From IMG/VR virus record IMGVR_UViG_3300030524_000005: 27,853 nucleotides of DNA. One strand, given 5' to 3'. Position numbers and translations under genes: made by a program. Shown here piece by piece: positions 25,355-27,853 of this stretch (position 1 is its first letter; each line of letters opens with the position of its first letter). The stretch comes from an uncultured virus (IMG/VR IMGVR_UViG_3300030524_000005) (Duplodnaviria > Heunggongvirae > Uroviricota > Caudoviricetes). Under the pieces are notes generated by a model. That model was not told where the DNA came from, did no database searches, and saw only the letters and a list, made by a program, of their open reading frames with translations.

Positions 25355-25828
25355 ATGGGTGCCGTAACCTTCCAATTCGTCGAGGGGAGGGGCCTCAGCT
25401 CCTCTCTAATTGAATGGTTTGATCACGACCGTTACTCTCATGTCGATCTCGTCTTGCGAGACGGCACGTTGCTAGGCGCCCGCGACGATATGATTCTAGG
25501 CATACCGGCAGGTGTGCAGATTCGCCCGTCCAGTTATGTGGACGGGGAATCAGTTCTCAGGGTGTCGGTGCCGTGCACAGACGAGCAGGAAGCGGCGTTC
25601 TACGCCTATGCTCAAGAACAGGTGGGGAAGCCATATGACCAAGAAGCCATTGCCGCCTTTGTGGTGGGTCGGAATTGGCGCGATCCTAACGACTGGTACT
25701 GCTCTGAGCTGGGCGCTGCTTGCACTGAGAAAAGCGGGATTGTTCCGCCGTTGATTGCGCCTTGCAACAAGATAGCGCCTGGAGATTTGGCGCTGCTTTT
25801 GTCTGCTCTGGTTGAGATTCAGCCGTGA
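25355..25828 (+). CDS. Permuted papain-like (YiiX/YebB-type NlpC/P60) hydrolase
   Basis: YSHVDLV (His), QVGKPYD and WYCSEL (Cys) occur in permuted order. Confidence 0.85.
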   Translation: MGAVTFQFVEGRGLSSSLIEWFDHDRYSHVDLVLRDGTLLGARDDMILGIPAGVQIRPSSYVDGESVLRVSVPCTDEQEAAFYAYAQEQVGKPYDQEAIAAFVVGRNWRDPNDWYCSELGAACTEKSGIVPPLIAPCNKIAPGDLALLLSALVEIQP

Positions 25829-26310
25829 TTAGCGAACTCTCCGTGAAGTCTTTCCCTGGCCTCATGAAGAGCGTTGCCAGCCTCTTCCTTCGATATGAAA
25901 TATCCCACGCATTTTTGCTTCCCATTGGATTGAAGTCGAGCTACCCATCTCGCACTGTATTTATGCCAAAACACTCCTTTTATTCCAGAAGTGTTATCAG
26001 TTCTAATCGACGCGTTTTGGGCGTTCTGCGAGTGTGTAGCATGCCTCAGATTAAAGAAGCTATCGTCCGATCTGCAGGTATTGCGATGGTCTATTTCATG
26101 TTCAGGGAAGACGCCGGTCATATATAACCAGGCGAGCCTGTTGGCCTTGTAGTTTTTGTTATCGACCATGATCTTTCTGTAGCCATCCGGCTCTATTGAT
26201 CCTGCTAGATCGCCAGGCTTCAGACGATTAGAGGAAGGCTTGACCCAAGTGAATATCCCTGTTTCGGGATCATAGTGAAGGACTTCTTTTAGGCGTTCTT
26301 GAGTAAGCAT
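25819..26310 (-). CDS. HNH homing endonuclease with AP2-like domain
   Basis: LTQERLKEVLHYDPETGIFTW, RLAWLYMTG, IDHRN, NLRHATHSQN and NTSGIKGV...HGEFA. GGAG RBS before ATG 26310. Confidence 0.9.
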   Translation of the reverse strand: MLTQERLKEVLHYDPETGIFTWVKPSSNRLKPGDLAGSIEPDGYRKIMVDNKNYKANRLAWLYMTGVFPEHEIDHRNTCRSDDSFFNLRHATHSQNAQNASIRTDNTSGIKGVFWHKYSARWVARLQSNGKQKCVGYFISKEEAGNALHEARERLHGEFANHG

Positions 26311-26338
26311 TTGATCTCCGGTCAAGGAAGTCTGTGGT

Positions 26339-26386
26339 GTGCGGCAAGCGTTGACTAGACGCTGTTCGGATGCCTCCTAGCCGCAC
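26339..26386 (-). ncRNA. Putative three-way-junction RNA (structured leader or small RNA) upstream of the HNH gene
   Basis: On the - strand, a GTGCGGC/GCCGCAC closing stem encloses the hairpins GGA-GGCA-TCC and AGCGT-CTAGTCA-ACGCT. Confidence 0.55.
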
Positions 26387-26390
26387 TAAA

Positions 26391-26399
26391 ATCATACCA
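26391..26399 (-). promoter_or_regulatory. Putative extended -10 promoter (TGGTATGAT)
   Basis: TGn-TATGAT on the - strand, 4 nt upstream of the structured RNA. Confidence 0.5.
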
Positions 26400-26400
26400 T

Positions 26401-26634
26401 TCAGTCGTCCGACTCGCCGCGCTCAACGTCTAGGGCGCGTATATCCGCTTTACGATGGTTGGTCTTAGTCACCTTGGTCTTAGTGCCAAGGTGGTACTTC
26501 CCGCAGACGTGGCAGCGATATGGCACGCGGCGCAGGCTATGGATCCGGTGCTTGCTGCGGTTTGTGACCTTCTTCGCTGCTTCGAGCGATTCGAAGGGCA
26601 CCTTACCGATACATAGCTCTGCGTCGTCTTTCAT
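26401..26634 (-). CDS. Small Zn-finger-like phage protein
   Basis: CIGKVPFES.EAA...PYRCHVCGKYHLG. Confidence 0.7.
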   Translation of the reverse strand: MKDDAELCIGKVPFESLEAAKKVTNRSKHRIHSLRRVPYRCHVCGKYHLGTKTKVTKTNHRKADIRALDVERGESDD

Positions 26635-26646
26635 AGGAGTCCCTTT

Positions 26647-26919
26647 TCAGACATCTTGTGGCAGCATTGCCAACCGGCCATCCAGATTAGCCGGCTTAAA
26701 ATACCTTGCTTCCATGCCGCATTTCTTCGGCTCGAGTCGCTGCTGATCACATGTTTCATATAAGCCACCACGCTTAGTTCCATCGACAGGATTATAGGTC
26801 ACAGGGGTAGGATTTTTCATGCATTGCGCAGCGACGAAAAATGCGAAACCTGGGAGTAGAATGCCGCCATCGCCTGATGATGACGCTTTGTAGTAAATTC
26901 AATCTTTACAGAATTTCAT
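26647..26919 (-). pseudogene. Cys-rich phage protein with in-frame TGA at codon 7 (nonsense allele or recoded)
   Basis: Read manually: MKFCKD*IYYKASSSGDGG...QCMKNP...YNPVDG...TCDQQRLEPKKCGMEARYFKP. ATG overlaps the upstream stop (ATGA); TGA is at 26899-26901. Confidence 0.65.
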
Positions 26920-27212
26920 AGTACCCAGCATATAAGTATCGCCAGCAGGGCGAACAAGCCCAATCTAACGAAGGTGTAAATTCGGTCGTCTTTGGCGTAC
27001 GTTTCAGCGCGCCGCTTTTCCCAAGTCTCGTGATCACCACGCCGCTCTTTCGCCAACTTCCAGGCAGCGTAGGCTTCGACGGCTGTGCTGCCCGTACCTA
27101 CAACATCATCGCCGGGGATTGTGCACTCAAGCACTCCGCCGCCTATGTTGCAGTTGAACATCCCGACCAGCGAGTTGTAGTGCCAGCCTGCAGCTTGGAT
27201 GTGGGGTTTCAT
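26916..27212 (-). CDS. Hypothetical protein with C-terminal TM segment
   Basis: Start taken at ATG 27212 (ATGA overlap); ends in hydrophobic LGLFALLAILICWVL. Confidence 0.6.
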   Translation of the reverse strand: MKPHIQAAGWHYNSLVGMFNCNIGGGVLECTIPGDDVVGTGSTAVEAYAAWKLAKERRGDHETWEKRRAETYAKDDRIYTFVRLGLFALLAILICWVL

Positions 27213-27406
27213 TTCGGGTCTGCTCCGTAATAAGGAGGCCCAGCTTGCTGCCCTTGGTTCTGCACACGCTGCATATCTTCTGGCGATTGCACGGTATATA
27301 GGCCACCCCAATGGCGGTTGTGGTCCATGAAGTCTTCAAAATTCCGCCGCCGAGCCAATTCCATCTCTAGTTCGGAGACCGTAAAATTCGCGAGTTTGTT
27401 TTCCAT
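27209..27406 (-). CDS. Hypothetical protein
   Basis: Tightly packed - strand operon. Confidence 0.6.
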   Translation of the reverse strand: MENKLANFTVSELEMELARRRNFEDFMDHNRHWGGLYTVQSPEDMQRVQNQGQQAGPPYYGADPK

Positions 27407-27407
27407 T

Positions 27408-27734
27408 TCAAGATCCTTTGGTACGGGCAGCGTCGATAGCTTCGTCTACGGTTTCCGGCTTGAACTTAACGCCATGGAATGCCTTTCCCACTGAAAGGTA
27501 GAATGCGCATATCCCCGGCTCGCTCTTATCGCGCAGCCACCTATACCGCTCTGCATCAACTGCTAGCGCCTCGACCGCCGAGCGGAGTTTCGCTATTGCT
27601 TCTCGGTGCTTTTTGGAATCAGCCCCAGGAACGTAGCCCATCAGAGGAATTGCCAGGGTCTCGCATTCAAAGGCCAAAAGCATAACCTGCTCGACCGTTG
27701 GCGCTACTGTGGGGTTGGGTGTTGGGGTGGTCAT
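27408..27734 (-). CDS. Hypothetical phage protein (DAERYRWLR family)
   Basis: DAERYRWLR...DEAIDAA motif common in temperate-phage early regions; GGAG RBS. Confidence 0.75.
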   Translation of the reverse strand: MTTPTPNPTVAPTVEQVMLLAFECETLAIPLMGYVPGADSKKHREAIAKLRSAVEALAVDAERYRWLRDKSEPGICAFYLSVGKAFHGVKFKPETVDEAIDAARTKGS

Positions 27735-27853
27735 GATTTATCTCCATGCGCAGCGGTCTTCATAAAGACGAGCCAGTGTGTGAGCCCTTTGCGGCCGCTT
27801 AGATGGCCAAAGAGCGGCTTGACCTCAGCCAACGCCAAAACCTCACTCACCTT
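27731..27853 (-). CDS. C-terminal end of a phage SAM-dependent methyltransferase (partial)
   Basis: Read manually: KVSEVLALAEVKPLFGHLSGRKGLTHWLVFMK, which matches the recalled PLFGH.SG....THW..FMK tail of a common phage methyltransferase family. Confidence 0.65.
   Translation of the reverse strand, partial: KVSEVLALAEVKPLFGHLSGRKGLTHWLVFMKTAAHGDKS

Noticed and set aside
25825..26127. 100-aa + strand ORF after the papain-like gene
   Set aside because: Antisense shadow of the HNH gene with no motifs; it does not lead to a downstream + strand gene.
1..27853. Genome-wide TGA reassignment
   Set aside because: Many genes end in TGA with tight ATGA/TGATG coupling; only one internal TGA was found.
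1..27853. CRISPR array, tRNA, integrase or att site
   Set aside because: None recognised by eye; intergenic spaces are very short.

Overview
The window is the packaging, virion-morphogenesis and lysis region of a P22/Sf6-like podovirus or prophage. The host is probably a Gram-negative proteobacterium; Burkholderiaceae is an inference only. On the + strand it runs: HNH-AP2 endonuclease (partial), small accessory genes (including an epsilon15 gp10-like capsid staple and a divergent GroES), TerS, TerL, P22-like portal, scaffold, coat, putative decoration protein, a stand-alone PASTA-like protein, gp4- and gp10-like tail hub proteins, an Asp/Asn beta-hydroxylase plus GNAT pair, three ejection proteins (the largest has a lytic transglycosylase domain), a beta-helix tailspike, a signal-peptide-bearing fibre-like protein, a lysis cassette with a lambda-R-type endolysin, and a permuted papain-like amidase. 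Two further HNH genes and a run of small genes lie on the - strand, ending in a partial SAM-dependent methyltransferase. The main oddities are a CxxC gene whose second Cys codon is TGA followed by a hairpin (nonsense mutation or Sec recoding), the PASTA gene, the roof-extended GroES, nested and duplicated tail domains, a three-way-junction RNA upstream of an HNH gene, and an antisense HNH cassette sitting at the tailspike start. All family calls come from motif recognition by eye; no searches were run.
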